A DNA stretch of 64,000 bases from Octopus vulgaris (taxonomy: Eukaryota). The stretch's first letter is position 1, and every line of letters begins with the position of its first letter. Below the pieces are notes generated by a model. That model saw nothing but the letters and a program-made list of their open reading frames with translations, did no database searches and was not told the DNA's origin. A program made the translations under genes and the position numbers. Below, in pieces: positions 26,332-40,793 of this stretch. Location of the stretch: assembly GCA_951406725.2 (NCBI GenBank), contig OX597815.1, positions 199,330,001 through 199,394,000 on the forward strand. Reading direction: 5' to 3'.

Positions 26332-26733
26332 TGGCCGTAGGAGTGGCTTGCTTAAGAACCACATGGTTCCAGGTTCAGTCCCACTGCCTGGTACCTTGAC
26401 AAGTGTCTTCTACTATAGCCTCGGGCCGACCAAAACCATGTGAGGGGATTTTCTAGACGGAAACTGAAAGAAACCCGATATATATACATATGTATATATA
26501 TATGTGTTTGTGTATGTATATGTTTGCGTGTCTGTATTTGTCCCCCCAACATCGCTTGACAACCGATGCTCGTGTGTTTACGTCCACGTCACTTCGCTGT
26601 TCGGCAAAAGAGACCGATAGAATAAGTACTAGGCTTACAAATAATAGGTCCTGGGATCGATTTGTTCGACTACAGGCGATGCTCCAGCATGGCCACAGTC
26701 AAATGGCTGAAACAAGTAAAAGAGTAAAGAGTA
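26332..26733 (+). mobile_element. SINE-A full length
   Basis: Head, body and tail present. Confidence 0.85.
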
Positions 26734-26825
26734 ATAACCGATATTCTCCTGATGTGAAACTCTCTCGAGTAAAGTGAAAATATAATTCAAAAGGGAATAT
26801 ACATATATATATATATATATATATA

Positions 26826-27043
26826 AAGCATTCAAAATGTGACCGCGTGTGTACCGTTGGCGAATTTTTTCCTCTGTCTTCCCTTCTCTAGATCTTTCCT
26901 TCTCCTATGTTTCCGACGAAGAGCTCCGCTCGAAACGTTAATCCCTCCTTCTTTCCTTCTTTCCTGAGCGTCCAATAATACTATATTTGTTCCACGTCCT
27001 CGCGTTGTTGTGTTTTTTTGTGCTTTCATGTTTGGATTAACTT
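26826..27043 (+). mobile_element. HHR-bearing PLE-terminus-like module between (TA)n tracts
   Basis: Second copy on the minus strand at 29551-29726; both end GGATTAACTT next to TA. Confidence 0.7.
26909..26943 (+). ncRNA. Minimal hammerhead, U4C core variant
   Basis: guuu CCGACGA a gagc-ucc-gcuc GAAA cg UU aau. Confidence 0.55.
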
Positions 27044-27101
<58 letters not shown>

Positions 27102-27880
27102 CGGCGTACGTACACTTTGTTCTCTTATATGTAAGTACACATTTCACTACATTTTGTACGACTTTTTCAACTCTTTCTCCTCCCTCTCTCTCGCATTTCT
27201 TTGCCTTTCTTACTCACTTTTCACTTCACTATGTGCCTGTCTCTCACTTTTTTCTCGCCAATCCCTGATTCTTCCGTCTATCTACTTCTACTCACTCCCT
27301 CTCACTCTCTCTCTCTCTCTCTTCTCCCCTCCTTAATTCCTTTGTTGTTCTTTTTCTCTCTCTTCTCTTCTCACGTGACCGTTGGCTGACTGCTAGCCCT
27401 TTTGCGTCTGACCGTGGTCACTGCCACATCGATACTCTTCCCTCTGCCGTAAGGCTTCATTTCCACACACGCCAGTTGAATTCAATTCGTCCCCAGTAGA
27501 AAGACGCCTGTTGTTATATCCTGTTATTATTATTATTATTAATTTTTTTCATTGTATTTTTGTATTTATATTCGTGTAACACCGTTTGTTTCGTATACAT
27601 TCGATGCTTTTTTCCCAAGGAATCTAATGCACTTAGCTTAGTTTTATCTTGGGGCTGGCCAGATTGGAGCAATCTCAAGATTAATCAGCCGAAATTGCGA
27701 GGATGAACCGGTTCTTGACTAAAGATAAAAGGCTTCGAATGACCCGTCTATGTTCTTTTTACATCGTCTATCAGGATGTTTTGTTGTCCCTTTTTGTATC
27801 ACCTAATTGTCCGGATGTTTTGTGTGTGTGATGTTGAATATTTGTGTGTGCTTCTTTGTACGTGTGTGTGTATGTGTGTA

Positions 27881-27921
<41 letters not shown>

Positions 27922-27981
27922 TATATATATGTGTGTGTGTGTAGTATATATATACATTTCTACATTGTATGTATATGTGTG

Positions 27982-28016
<35 letters not shown>

Positions 28017-28052
28017 ATAATATAACTAATATATAAATATATGCATATATAC

Positions 28053-28126
<74 letters not shown>

Positions 28127-28460
28127 ATATACATGCATATATGGGTACAGAACATCAAAAAAACATTGAAGACAATGAGAAACGAAAACATAAAAACAAA
28201 AACATAGAAACGAACTCTTTTTCAAACAACGAAAAAAACAGAGAAACGAGAAATGTAACATAAAGAATATTTCCCTTCTTCAGTTGTCTCTGTTTCATCT
28301 ACTCCGTACACACACCTACATTAACACACATACACATATACACATATACATGAATATATACTTTACATACGTATTTGCGTGTGTGCTTGTGTATCTGTGG
28401 AAGGGTTTCTTTTTGTTTCTATGCTTGTGCATCTATACACACATACACACACACGCGCAC

Positions 28461-28497
<37 letters not shown>

Positions 28498-29175
28498 CAC
28501 ACACACTTAGAATTGTCAAACGTCATATATTTACTATTTATATATTTCTTCATTGCTCTTCTTGATTTTTTTATTTCATATCTTATCCTTGTCTAAAAAA
28601 ATATACATGCAGTATCTAAGCCAAATGCTTTCTAAGCATGTGAAAATATGTCCAAAATACATGTAAATATAAAACATACGGAAAAATGCATCTGTATATG
28701 TTGAAATGGGTGGTTTTTCGTGTCTCTATGTGAAGATAACTGATTTATGTGATAAAAAATATTATTGAAAGTTTAATATAGAAATGTATATTGTTTTTCA
28801 TACTATTAAAAATTTTACAACTGCACAAAATCCTTTTTTCTTTGTTTGATATGTTCGTAAATACATCTGAAACCTTTTCAAAACTTGTTTAACTTGTTGT
28901 GTAAAATAGTTAAAAGGAAACGCAGGGCAGGTTAAGTACATTTTCAACTAGATTAGTAGAAGGAAAAAATGCTAGATTAGTTAAACACAGATGTAAGCTA
29001 TTGAATTTTTATTCTTGCAGTCTACGATAAGAAAAGACAGGGAACCGTTCTCAAACATACGTATGTACATACATGCATATGTGCAAGCATACGCACATAC
29101 GTACATTCATACGTATACGTTTACATGTATATGTGGCTTTTCGTATGTATGTACATATGTCTATGTATACGAAAA

Positions 29176-29238
<63 letters not shown>

Positions 29239-29242
29239 GACG

Positions 29243-29515
29243 TGGCACTCCGTCGGTTGCGACGACGAGGGTTCCAGCTGATCCGATCACCGGAACAGCC
29301 TGCTCGGGAAATTAACGTGCTGAGCACTCCAACAGACACGTGTACCTTTAATGTAGTTCTGAGGAAGATTCAGTGTCACACAGAGTGTGACAAGGCTGGC
29401 CCTTTGAAATACAAGTACAACAGAAACAGGAAGAAGAATGAGTGAGAGAAAGTTGCGGTGAAAGAGTACAGCAGGGTTCGCCACCAACCCCTGCCGGAGC
29501 CTCGTGGAGGTTTAG

Positions 29516-29518
<3 letters not shown>
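29243..29518 (-). mobile_element. SINE family C lacking head
   Basis: Body and tail match 48329-48712. Confidence 0.8.
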
Positions 29519-29549
<31 letters not shown>

Positions 29550-29550
29550 C

Positions 29551-29726
29551 AAGTTAATCCAAACATGAAAGTACAAAAAAAACACAACAACGCGAGGACG
29601 GAACAAACATAGTATTATTGGGCGGTCAGGAAAGAAGGAAAGAAGGAGGGTTTAACGTTTCGAGCGGAGCTCTTCGTCGGTAACATAGGAGAAGGAAAGA
29701 TCCAGAGAAGGGAAGACAGAGGAAAA
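29551..29726 (-). mobile_element. Second copy of HHR-bearing module (HHR at 29650-29684)
   Basis: Reverse complement contains guua CCGACGA a gagc-ucc-gcuc GAAA cg UU aaac. Confidence 0.7.
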
Positions 29727-29730
29727 GAGC

Positions 29731-30016
29731 CCATGTTCTTTCTAAAACTTGCACCATTACACCCTCAAAAGTTTCAGATCCGACTTGTTTGATTTCTCTA
29801 TTGATGCTCTCTTGCAGTTACACCAGGGTCTCCGGGTTGTTGAAGCAAACCCTCTCTTTCAGGTATTCCCACTAGAAAAAATCTGGGCTAGTCAAGTCTG
29901 GGAAACGTGAAAGCCAATTGACATTGCCGTAGCAGATTATTCTCTCTCCAAAGCACTGCCATAGCAACTGTATTGTTTCTCTTGCGGTATGAACAGTTGC
30001 CTCATCTTACTGGAAT
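29731..30016 (-). pseudogene. Tc1/mariner (rosa/DD41D-like) transposase catalytic fragment
   Basis: FQ*DEATVHTARETIQLL..FGERII..NW.SRFPDLTSPDFF*WEYLKERV. Confidence 0.7.
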
Positions 30017-30065
30017 CATGTGTGAGGTCTGCTTCGAATGACCGGGCGCAAAAAGGTCTCAGTCA

Positions 30066-30378
30066 TGGATACCAGAAAGAGAAGGTTAACGTCAACAAAC
30101 CGGAGACCCTGGTGCAAATGAAGGAGAACATCAATAGAGAAATCAGAGAAGTGGGGTCTGAAAATCTTGAGGGTGTTATGGTGAAAGTTTTGGAAAGAGC
30201 ACGGGCGTGCGAAGCCCAAAATGGCTGCCGTTTAAGAGATGTCATTTTCATATGTGATGTAGTAATGTTGCCAAATTTGACTTGTGCATATTAATTTCCT
30301 TTATGTCCTTTATATTGTATCAAAATTTCATGCATTTATTTGTGAAGTTAAGGAAGTTATTAAAAATTGAAACCCATA
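30066..30378 (+). pseudogene. Same-family transposase C-terminus, opposite orientation
   Basis: GYQKEKVNVNKPETLVQMKENINREI...RARACEAQNG.RLRDVIF. Confidence 0.7.
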
Positions 30379-30382
30379 CACT

Positions 30383-30754
30383 TTTATTTGTTTTAGTCAT
30401 CTGAGCGTGTCCATGCTGGAGCACCGCATGTAGTCGAACGAAGCGACTCCAGAACTTATTCTTTGTAAAAATAGTACTTATTCTATCAGTCTCTTTTGCC
30501 GAACAGCTAAGTTACGGGGACGTAAACACACCAGCATCGGTTGTCAAGCGATGTTGGGGGGACAAACACAGCACACACATATATACATTTATACATATAT
30601 ACGACGGGCTTCTTTCAGTTTCAGTCTACCAAATCCACTCACAAGGCTTTGGTCTGGCCGAAGCTATAGTAGAAGACACTTGCCCAAGGTGTCACGTAGT
30701 GGGACTGAACACGGAACCATGTGGTTGGTAAGCAAGCTACTTACCACACTGCCA
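30383..30754 (-). mobile_element. SINE-A
   Basis: Similarity to other copies. Confidence 0.85.
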
Positions 30755-30787
30755 TAACATATATATTATAAACTGAAAGAATATACG

Positions 30788-30829
<42 letters not shown>

Positions 30830-31124
30830 TAAGCTGGAAGAAGCCCGTCGTATCTTATATATATATATATATTGTTAATGTATATAAATGTGTGTGAAAT
30901 CATAGGAATTCAAATGAGTGGGTATTTGTGTGTGTGTGCTATTTGAATAATTTAATTTTGCCTCCATTAACAAAGGTTTCTTTTTACATCTGTATACGTT
31001 TGGTGCTATTTCTCGTTTAACAACTTTGACATTGATATAAGGGGAGAGAGGGGGAGAAAGAGAGAGTCAAACATACAGATAGACAGACAGCTAGACAAAT
31101 AGATAAGATAGATAGATAGATAGA

Positions 31125-31158
<34 letters not shown>

Positions 31159-31744
31159 CATACACACATACATACATGCATCCATGCATACATACATCCA
31201 TACGCACTACGTACATACATACGTATATATTCTTAGCGAAAGATCATGAACTGATAAGTAAAAATGGTTGTGTGGACCTTTACATAGAGATCAATCTAAT
31301 GGAGTCTCCACTTGGCGAAATCAGAACATAACAGACATTTAACCCTCTCAGACCTGGGCCGCTGCGTTTAACTTTATGCCCCAGTTGGGGTCCTGAGCAA
31401 ACAAAAATTAAATAGTTGTATATACAACTGAAGAGTAACTATTGCAGACAAACTAATGGACGGAATCACAAGAAAAAAATTCAAGAGAATACCAATAAGC
31501 CATTCTTTCAACTACCATAATTGTTAGGCGAACTAATGGACAGAATCACAAAACGAAAAAAATTCAGGTGAATAACAATAATAGACCTATCTCTCAACTG
31601 CTGTATTTGTTCACTCGAATCGCTACTTTTCTCAGTACTTTCACCAGTTTGTCCGAATGGCCCGCTTTGCCAGCGTAAGAGTAAACTCACCTTCCAAAGA
31701 ATTGATATCAGTAATAATTTCCTCAACTGTCTAGATCTTGCTTG

Positions 31745-31803
31745 ACGTAAAGACACCAGCATCGGTTGTCAAGCGATGTTGGGGGGACAAACACAGACAC
31801 ATG

Positions 31804-31889
<86 letters not shown>

Positions 31890-31985
31890 CGACGGGTTTC
31901 TTTCAGTTTCCGTCTACCAAATCCACTCACAAGGCTTTGGTTGGCCCGAGGCTATAGTAGAGGACACTTTCACAAGGTGCCATGC
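31745..31985 (-). mobile_element. SINE-A internal fragment
   Basis: Similarity to other copies. Confidence 0.8.
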
Positions 31986-32015
31986 ATGTATGTATGTATG
32001 CATTTGTGTGTGCAC

Positions 32016-32046
<31 letters not shown>

Positions 32047-32102
32047 TGTATGTATGTACATATTTACTCATTTACTCATTTCTCATTTACTCATTTACTT
32101 GT

Positions 32103-32479
32103 TGACTGCGGCCATGCTGGAGCACCGCCTTTAGTCGAGCAAATCGACCCTGGGACTTATTCTTTGTAAGCCCAGTACTTATTCTATCGGTCTCTTTTTG
32201 CCGAACCGCTAAGTGACGGGGACATAAGCACACCAGCATCGGTTGTCAAGCAATGCTAGGGGGACAAACACAGACACACAAACACACACACATACATATA
32301 TATATATATACATATATACGACAGGCTTCTTTCAGTTTCCGTCTACCAAATCCACTCACAAGGCATTGGTCGGCCCGGGGCTATAGCAGAAGACACTTGC
32401 CCAAGATGCCACGCAGTGGGACTGAACCCGGAACCATGTGGTTGGTTAGCAAGCTACTTACCACACAGCCACTCTTGCG
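32103..32479 (-). mobile_element. SINE-A
   Basis: Similarity to other copies. Confidence 0.85.
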
Positions 32480-32924
32480 AGAGAACTGATATATTTAAGT
32501 TCTCAATTAACGTCAAACCGCTCACTAACAAAGTGACAAGACTTTAAAATATCTGGTTGGATCAGAGTTTGCATATATATATAAGTGTTTGCACCAGTAC
32601 TTATGTTCTGCATGAACTTGTTTCTTTAATACTTTGATGTTTGTGCAATTGTCTGTGTGTGCATTTGATTAAATCATTATTTTTTACCTGTCTCCTTGCA
32701 GATGCTCACAACCAGGTGTGAATAATAAATTCATTTAAAGAATTTTATGCGGAGAATCTTTAGAATGTCTAACGAGTTTAGGTGTTGCCAATTAAATGGA
32801 TTTGGAAGATGAAAGTTCTTTTCTTTTATCTTCTTTTACGTACGCATATATTTATGTGTGTATCCATGATATTTCATTGAGCTTTATATAAAATTCTTCC
32901 TGAGAAACATCGCAACTCATTTCT

Positions 32925-33056
32925 ACAGCGGTGTGAGCTAGAGCAACGGTGATATAAAATTTCCTTGCACAAGAACACAACACACAGCCCGGTCAGGGAA
33001 TCGAACTCACTATCTCATGATTGTGAACCCGACGCTCTAATCACTGAGCCATGCGT
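32925..33056 (-). mobile_element. SINE family D-like tRNA head
   Basis: Reverse complement GCATGGCTCAGTGATTAGAGCG...GAGTTCGATTCC...GTTGTGTTCTTG. Confidence 0.65.
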
Positions 33057-33620
33057 ATATATGTATGTGTGTATGTATGCATGAATGTATGTATGTATGT
33101 ATGTATGTATGTATGTATGTATGTATGTATGTATGTATGTATGCATCTATGTATGTATGCATGTATGTGTGTATGTATGCATGAATGTATGTATGTATGC
33201 AAGTATGTATGTATGTATGCATGAATGTATGTATGTATGTATGTATGTATGTATGTATGTATGCATCTATGTATGTATGTATGTATGTATGTATGTATGC
33301 ATCTATGTATGTATGCATGTATGTATGCATGAATGTATGTATGTATGCAAGTATGTATGTATGTATGCATGAATGTATGTATGTATGTATGTATGTATGT
33401 ATGCATGAATGTATATATGTATGTATGTATGCGTGTATGTAAGTGTGTGTGTATATGTATGTATGTATGAATGTACGTATGTGTGTATGTATGTATGAAT
33501 GTATGTATGTATGTATGCATGCATGCATGCATGAATGTATGTATGTATGTATGTATGTATGTATGTATGTATGTATGTATGTATGTATGTATGTATGTAT
33601 GTATGTATGTATGTATGTAT
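33057..33620. repeat. (GTAT)n with higher-order GCATGAAT and GCATCT variants
   Basis: Direct reading. Confidence 0.9.
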
Positions 33621-33879
33621 AAATATATGTAAAATTCTAGAAACTCTATGAAGAAATTCTATTCAAACAGCTCTGACGATTCTTTTATTTGTTTGTTTTC
33701 TATGTTTTTTTGTTTTTGTGTGTGTGTGTGTGTGTAAGACTCATGTACTACCATTCAATTTTGTCCTTTTAGCTTATGCATATAGTCCTATCTGTTGTTT
33801 TCACATCAGACATATACCGGATACTCTAGTATCGAGTATGCGGGTATGTGCGAATGGGGATGTGCATATCTCTCTCTGT

Positions 33880-33950
<71 letters not shown>

Positions 33951-34012
33951 TCATACACACATATGTATATATGCATGAATGTCTATATATATACACACAC
34001 ATACATGCAAAA

Positions 34013-34650
<638 letters not shown>

Positions 34651-34668
34651 TCTAGCTAGCTAGCTAAC

Positions 34669-34733
<65 letters not shown>

Positions 34734-34820
34734 TTATGTGTGTTTATATATATGTATGTATGTATATATATATATATATATGTGTATGTGTGTGTGTGTG
34801 TGTACGTATATGTATATATA

Positions 34821-34859
<39 letters not shown>

Positions 34860-34904
34860 TATGTATGTATGTATTATGTATGTATGTATTATGTATGTAT
34901 GTAT

Positions 34905-35245
34905 AGAAGGATGAAAATATAAAAAATGCTAAAATAATTTTATAAAAAACCTTTCAGTACCGGTTTCAGCCTTTGAGACTTTTTCAACTGTAAGTAAGGA
35001 AAACAATTAAATTTAGAAAAATTAAAAGAAAAGTTTTTTTAAAGAATATTTGTATAGTGTTCAAATACAAGTGGCGTTTTCCTTGTTTCTGCCTCTCTCT
35101 GTCACTCGTTACAAGAGTAAACAAGAGCGAAAGAGACAGGCAGAAACAAGGAAAATGCCACTTGTATTTGAACAGCGACTGAAACCGGTACTGAAAGGTT
35201 TTTTATAAAATTATTTTAGCATCTTCTATCTTGACTTTTTTCCAT
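34905..35245. mobile_element. Nested fold-back PLE-terminus-like module
   Basis: Outer arms ~34926-34970 and ~35177-35222; inner arms ~35058-35094 and ~35138-35174. Confidence 0.65.
34951..34994 (-). ncRNA. Minimal type-I hammerhead, U3:A8 core variant
   Basis: cuuacag UUGAAAA aguc-ucaaa-ggcu GAAA ccgg UA cugaaag; palindromic ACCGGU; GUA site. Confidence 0.65.
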
Positions 35246-35692
35246 ATATATATAAATATATCAGCAAAGAGTTGTTAATGAGGGATTAGTAATCAGGGCA
35301 AAATTCTTCTTAAGCTCCCCGCAGATACAAATACGCCAGGCTAAGAAAAATGTCTTATGATTGGTATTGAATTCAAAGTCATCCGAGGTCAATATCTGTA
35401 ATCGAAGTCCATCACCAGTCAAATCTGTAAAGCCATTGTTGCATTACCGAGTTAATATGGTATGTTTTTACAGGGTGGTATGTGAAATAAGAGGCTTTAT
35501 ATTTATTAGTGTATTATAGATATACACCTGTTTAAGATATGCATTTTGGAAGCATGGATGGTTCAGTTTCATCAATCGATCGATCGTCGGAATGCTATCT
35601 TTGTTAGAGTCCAACAAATTAAATGCATATCTGAAACAGCAGTAAGTCTGTAATGCACAAATAAATGTATAAAGCCTGTTACTTAAGCCTAT

Positions 35693-35773
<81 letters not shown>

Positions 35774-36052
35774 CAAATGAAAGACGGAAGATGGAATATA
35801 CGAGAATTTATCAGTAATCACGAAAATTGTTTCGACACATCTAGCATCGATTCCTCTTGGGTGGGACACTCAACAACTGGTTCAGGAGCATCCGGTGGTG
35901 CAAATGTATCACGTTGGGTGATAAATAAATAGAATTCGTCAAAATAACTGTTCCGCTGTGTAACTTCCCATTTTGTAGAAAGAAAAGCAGCCAGACGAAG
36001 GAAACATCTTCATTTATATAGAAGATCAAAAATAAAATCACAGATGGCAAAA

Positions 36053-36440
36053 TGGATGGAAGCACTCCGTCGGTTACGACGATGAGGGTTCCGGTTGATC
36101 CGATCAACGGAACAGCCTGCTCGTGAAATTAACGTGCAAGTGGTTGAGCACTCCACAGACACGTGTACCCTTAACGTAGTTCTCGGGGATATTCAGCGTG
36201 ACACAGAGAGTGACAAGGCCGGCCCTTTGAAATACAGGTACAACAGAAACAGGAAGTAAGAGTGAGAGAAAGTTGTGGTGAAAGAGTACAGCAGGGATCC
36301 CCACCATTCCCTGCCGGGGTCTCGTGGAGCTTTTAGATGTTTTCGCTCAATAAACACTCACAACGCCCGGTCTGGGAATCGAAACCGCGATCCTACGACC
36401 GCGAGTCCGCTGCCCTAACCACTGGGCCATTGCGCCTCCA
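36053..36440 (-). mobile_element. SINE-C full length with 14-bp TSD
   Basis: tRNA-like head; CACAGATGGCAAAA at 36039 and 36441. Confidence 0.9.
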
Positions 36441-36749
36441 CACAGATGGCAAAAAGAGAAACGAACACACAATCCAGTGACAAAAGTATTAAAAATAACC
36501 GTTAACAAATATGGATGCACAAACGCGCCCTCGGGCAGGCTGCATGGCGCGAGTACACTCGCTCATTCAAGCATCCGCAAAAAGGTGAGCATGCGCATAC
36601 GTGAGGTTTAGTGCACATATGATCACAAAGCGAGTTAGCTATCTACTTGGTGTTTGTAAGAATGGGGAGGTTGAAAGATTGGTAAATACTTGTAGGTGAG
36701 AAAAAAAGTACCTAACATGAAGGACTGTAAGCTATCTCAATATTGGGGA

Positions 36750-37470
36750 AAGAGTTACCTGTATCATGATTATTCGCGCTGTGTATCAAAATGCCGACAT
36801 TGACTGCTGCTGAGAACAACCAGTGGCTTCACTATAATCCATGTGATATCCCATGTGATATCATGAAAACCAAGCTTCTCCCAACTGTTTTGGTCTCAGA
36901 AGGCAGCGAGCTGGCAGAAACGTTAGCGCGCCGGGCGAAATTCGTAGCGGTATTTCGTCTGCCGTTTACGTTCTGAGTTCAAATTCCGCCGAGGTCGACT
37001 TTACCTTTCATCCTTTCGGGATCGATAAATTAAGTACCAGTTACGCACTGGGGTCGATGTAATCGACTTAATACCTATGTCTGTCCTTGTTTGTCCACTC
37101 TATGTTTAGCCCCTTGTGGGTAATAAAGAAATAGGTATGCCTTCAGTGAGGATGACGGTATTCTAAACCACATCTTAGGACACAGCTCAGACGACTATGC
37201 GAAGCTTTTGGAGGCTGTAGTCAAAACCTAGGAAAGAGAGGACTGCTGCTGGAAGGCTCTGTGCTTAGCAGCAGAATTCGGTTCTTTGTTACATCTTCGA
37301 AAAGAATGACAAGTGGTTGTCGGAGAATTTCTATGACTTTACTAGTCCCCTGACAAAGAACAACGAGATATTCAAAAATCTACTCAGGAACGCAATAAGC
37401 AACATACGTGCCCGGTTCTGGAGCCGTCTTGAGGCTGTAGTGGAAGCTGAGGGTGGTTACTTTGAATAAA
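36750..37470 (+). mobile_element. Decayed Tc1/mariner-superfamily transposase interrupted by SINE-B
   Basis: YAKLLEAVVK..AAGR..QQNS..KWLSENFYDFTSP..RFWSRLEAVVEAEGGYFE*. Confidence 0.65.
36902..37132 (+). mobile_element. SINE-B full length
   Basis: Head, core and tail present. Confidence 0.9.
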
Positions 37471-37658
37471 CTGGCATCTCCCAGTCATAATCTAATTAAT
37501 ATGATTTGTTTTTTTATTAATACTTTTAAGATATAGCGCTTTCTTTTCTTTTGCTGCAATTTAACCAGAAACCATAAATACATACATACATACATACATA
37601 CATATATTTTATTTATTTGCATATAGATATATAGATACATACATACATACATACATAA

Positions 37659-37719
<61 letters not shown>

Positions 37720-37792
37720 CAGACAGATCTATATATATATATATATATATATATGGATAGATATTTATACATATATATACATACATATAGTA

Positions 37793-37833
<41 letters not shown>

Positions 37834-38214
37834 GTTAAAATTATATGCATACATATATACATAAGACATGTATCTCTATAGGTACATAGCGACATACATA
37901 CTTACACACATCTGTACGTGCATAGATACTTACGTACATACAACAAAAAAAAATCCACCATCGCTATCGCCGGTGTCCCCGCGACAGCGGCGGCCTTCAA
38001 ATTAATGTCCTTTTCGTTTTCATACAATAGGAGATGCGAAATCATCATCAGCACCGTTTGTTACAAAATATACAATTCGATTTTGGCGAGAAAATTCTTT
38101 AATTCATTTTCCTGCCTCAGATATACGTAAGTACATACGTACATACAAACATACATAGATGCATACATACATATATACATATATATATATGTGTGTATTG
38201 TTTTATACACAGAA

Positions 38215-38272
<58 letters not shown>

Positions 38273-38311
38273 CCATATTACATATATAGATACATATGTA
38301 CATATGTGTAC

Positions 38312-38377
<66 letters not shown>

Positions 38378-38387
38378 TTATATATGT

Positions 38388-38418
<31 letters not shown>

Positions 38419-38419
38419 T

Positions 38420-38503
<84 letters not shown>

Positions 38504-39111
38504 TTATTTATAATAATATATATATTGTGTTCTCTGCAAAAGGCGATCAAAATCAATGAGGGTCTTCAGACAGTCAGCTGAGGATGGCCAGTGACAAATA
38601 ATCTTGCAATTAGAGTAAATTTGTCTGTTGCGCTTGAAAGTCCGTTTGATTTCTTTAATATATATTACAAATAGTGACTTCAAGTAAGAAGTAATTTGCA
38701 CTGTCTTCTTGCAAATTAAACTCTTTAGAAGAAACTCCTGCACTTATCCTTTGAACTTTAGACGCTGCGATTATGGTTGACGCTACCTTCTGTTTAATGC
38801 TGACGTTGCTGATGGTTTGTTGTTAGTTGTGGCTGTTCGAGGTGGTAGAGCGTCTATTGTGTTTTAGTCGTGGTGATGATGAAGAAGGTTGGGGGTTGGT
38901 CATGTGTGTGGTGTGAAGGGTGAGGTGGGGTGGGTTTGGGGTGATCGTAGAGCTGATGACGGTGGAGAGTGGTGGAAGCAACTCTGCGCGGTCGCCAAAT
39001 AAAATTGTCTGTCGTATTTTTCTTTCGCGCTTCTTGTTTATAAATACACATATATGTATAACCCTTTTGATCGCTCTATTGTTTCTTTTTCTCTTTCTTT
39101 ATTTCTTTCTT

Positions 39112-39164
<53 letters not shown>

Positions 39165-39296
39165 AGACGCTTATAACCAATAGACATACAATCACCTGTG
39201 CGTACGCTTGTGTCTGTATGCATATACATATATTTTTGTGTATGTATGTATATAAACGTGTGTGTGTCTGTGTGTGAGAGTGTGTATATACATATG

Positions 39297-39340
<44 letters not shown>

Positions 39341-39341
39341 C

Positions 39342-39377
<36 letters not shown>

Positions 39378-39690
39378 CTTTATATATATATATAGGTATT
39401 TATGTATGTATGTATATATATATATGTATTTATGTATGTATGCATGTATACATGTATGTATGTATGTTTGCATGTATGTATGTATGTATGTATGTATGTA
39501 TGTATGCATGTATGTATGTATGTATGCATGTATGTAGGTATGTGTATGTGTTGCTGTCTTTCGATTCCACTCTTTCCGCCGATTTTCATTTCTAGTTTTC
39601 TTTATCTCTTATTTGTTACGTGTATGTATGTATGTATGTATATATATATAGGGAGAGTTTATGTATATATACATGCATATATATATATAC

Positions 39691-39740
<50 letters not shown>

Positions 39741-39743
39741 ATA

Positions 39744-39778
<35 letters not shown>

Positions 39779-39811
39779 AGAGTTTATGTATATATACATA
39801 TATATATATGT

Positions 39812-39855
<44 letters not shown>

Positions 39856-40409
39856 GCACTCAGTTATACATATATGTATGCACACATGCATTATTTATAT
39901 ACATACATATATACACATGTATATGCATGCGTACGCATGCATCTATGTATATACTTATGGTGGACGGACGGACGTGCGATAGGTGCTTGTGTACCTGCGT
40001 ATATGTTCGCACGCTGTTGCGTATATACGTGTGTTTCTATGTGGTTTTTGTCTGAGTCTCAGAATAAATATTTGTGCCGCTGTGTATAGTTGTAGCTTTT
40101 GACCATATTTGGCAAAGTGCTTTGTTCGTTTTGTAAGAGATGCACACAAGGTTGGTTTTCTTTTTCGAGACCGTTTGATTGTTTGGTTTAATTTTGTCAA
40201 TTATCTTGGTGACATTTTTGACTTACCATTATTATGATGTTAGAAACCACGAAATTTGCAGAACAAGATATTTGGCAGACAACTTTTCCTATTCTTTATA
40301 GAACAACTTCCTTGAATCGTTTTATTGCTTTTGTTGTTGCTGTTGTTGTTGCTGTAGTTGTTGTTGTTGTTGCTTTTGTAGTTAGTTTTATTTATTTTGT
40401 TCTTTTGTG

Positions 40410-40629
40410 TTTACTCTTTTACTCTTTTACTTGTTTCAGTCATTTGACTGCGGCCATGCTGGAGCACCGCCTTTAGTCGAGCAAATCGACCCCGGGATTT
40501 ATTCTTTTGTAAGCCCAGTACTTATTCTATCGGTCTCTTTTGCCGAACCGCTAAGTGACGGGGACGTAAACACACCAGCATCGGTTGTCAAGCAATGGTA
40601 GGGGGACAAACACAGACACACAAACATAT

Positions 40630-40660
<31 letters not shown>

Positions 40661-40793
40661 CATATATACGACAGGCTTCTTTCAGTTTCCGTCTACCAAA
40701 TCCACTCACAAGGTATTGGTCGGCCCGGGGCTATAGCAGAAGACACTTGCCCAAGATGCCACGCAGTGGGACTGAACCCGGAACCATGTGGTT
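40410..40793 (-). mobile_element. SINE-A lacking extreme 5' end
   Basis: Similarity to other copies. Confidence 0.85.

Noticed and set aside
38949-38985. agag CTGATGA ... GAA gcaa ctct
   Set aside because: No stem II helix and no A15.1-U16.1 pair.
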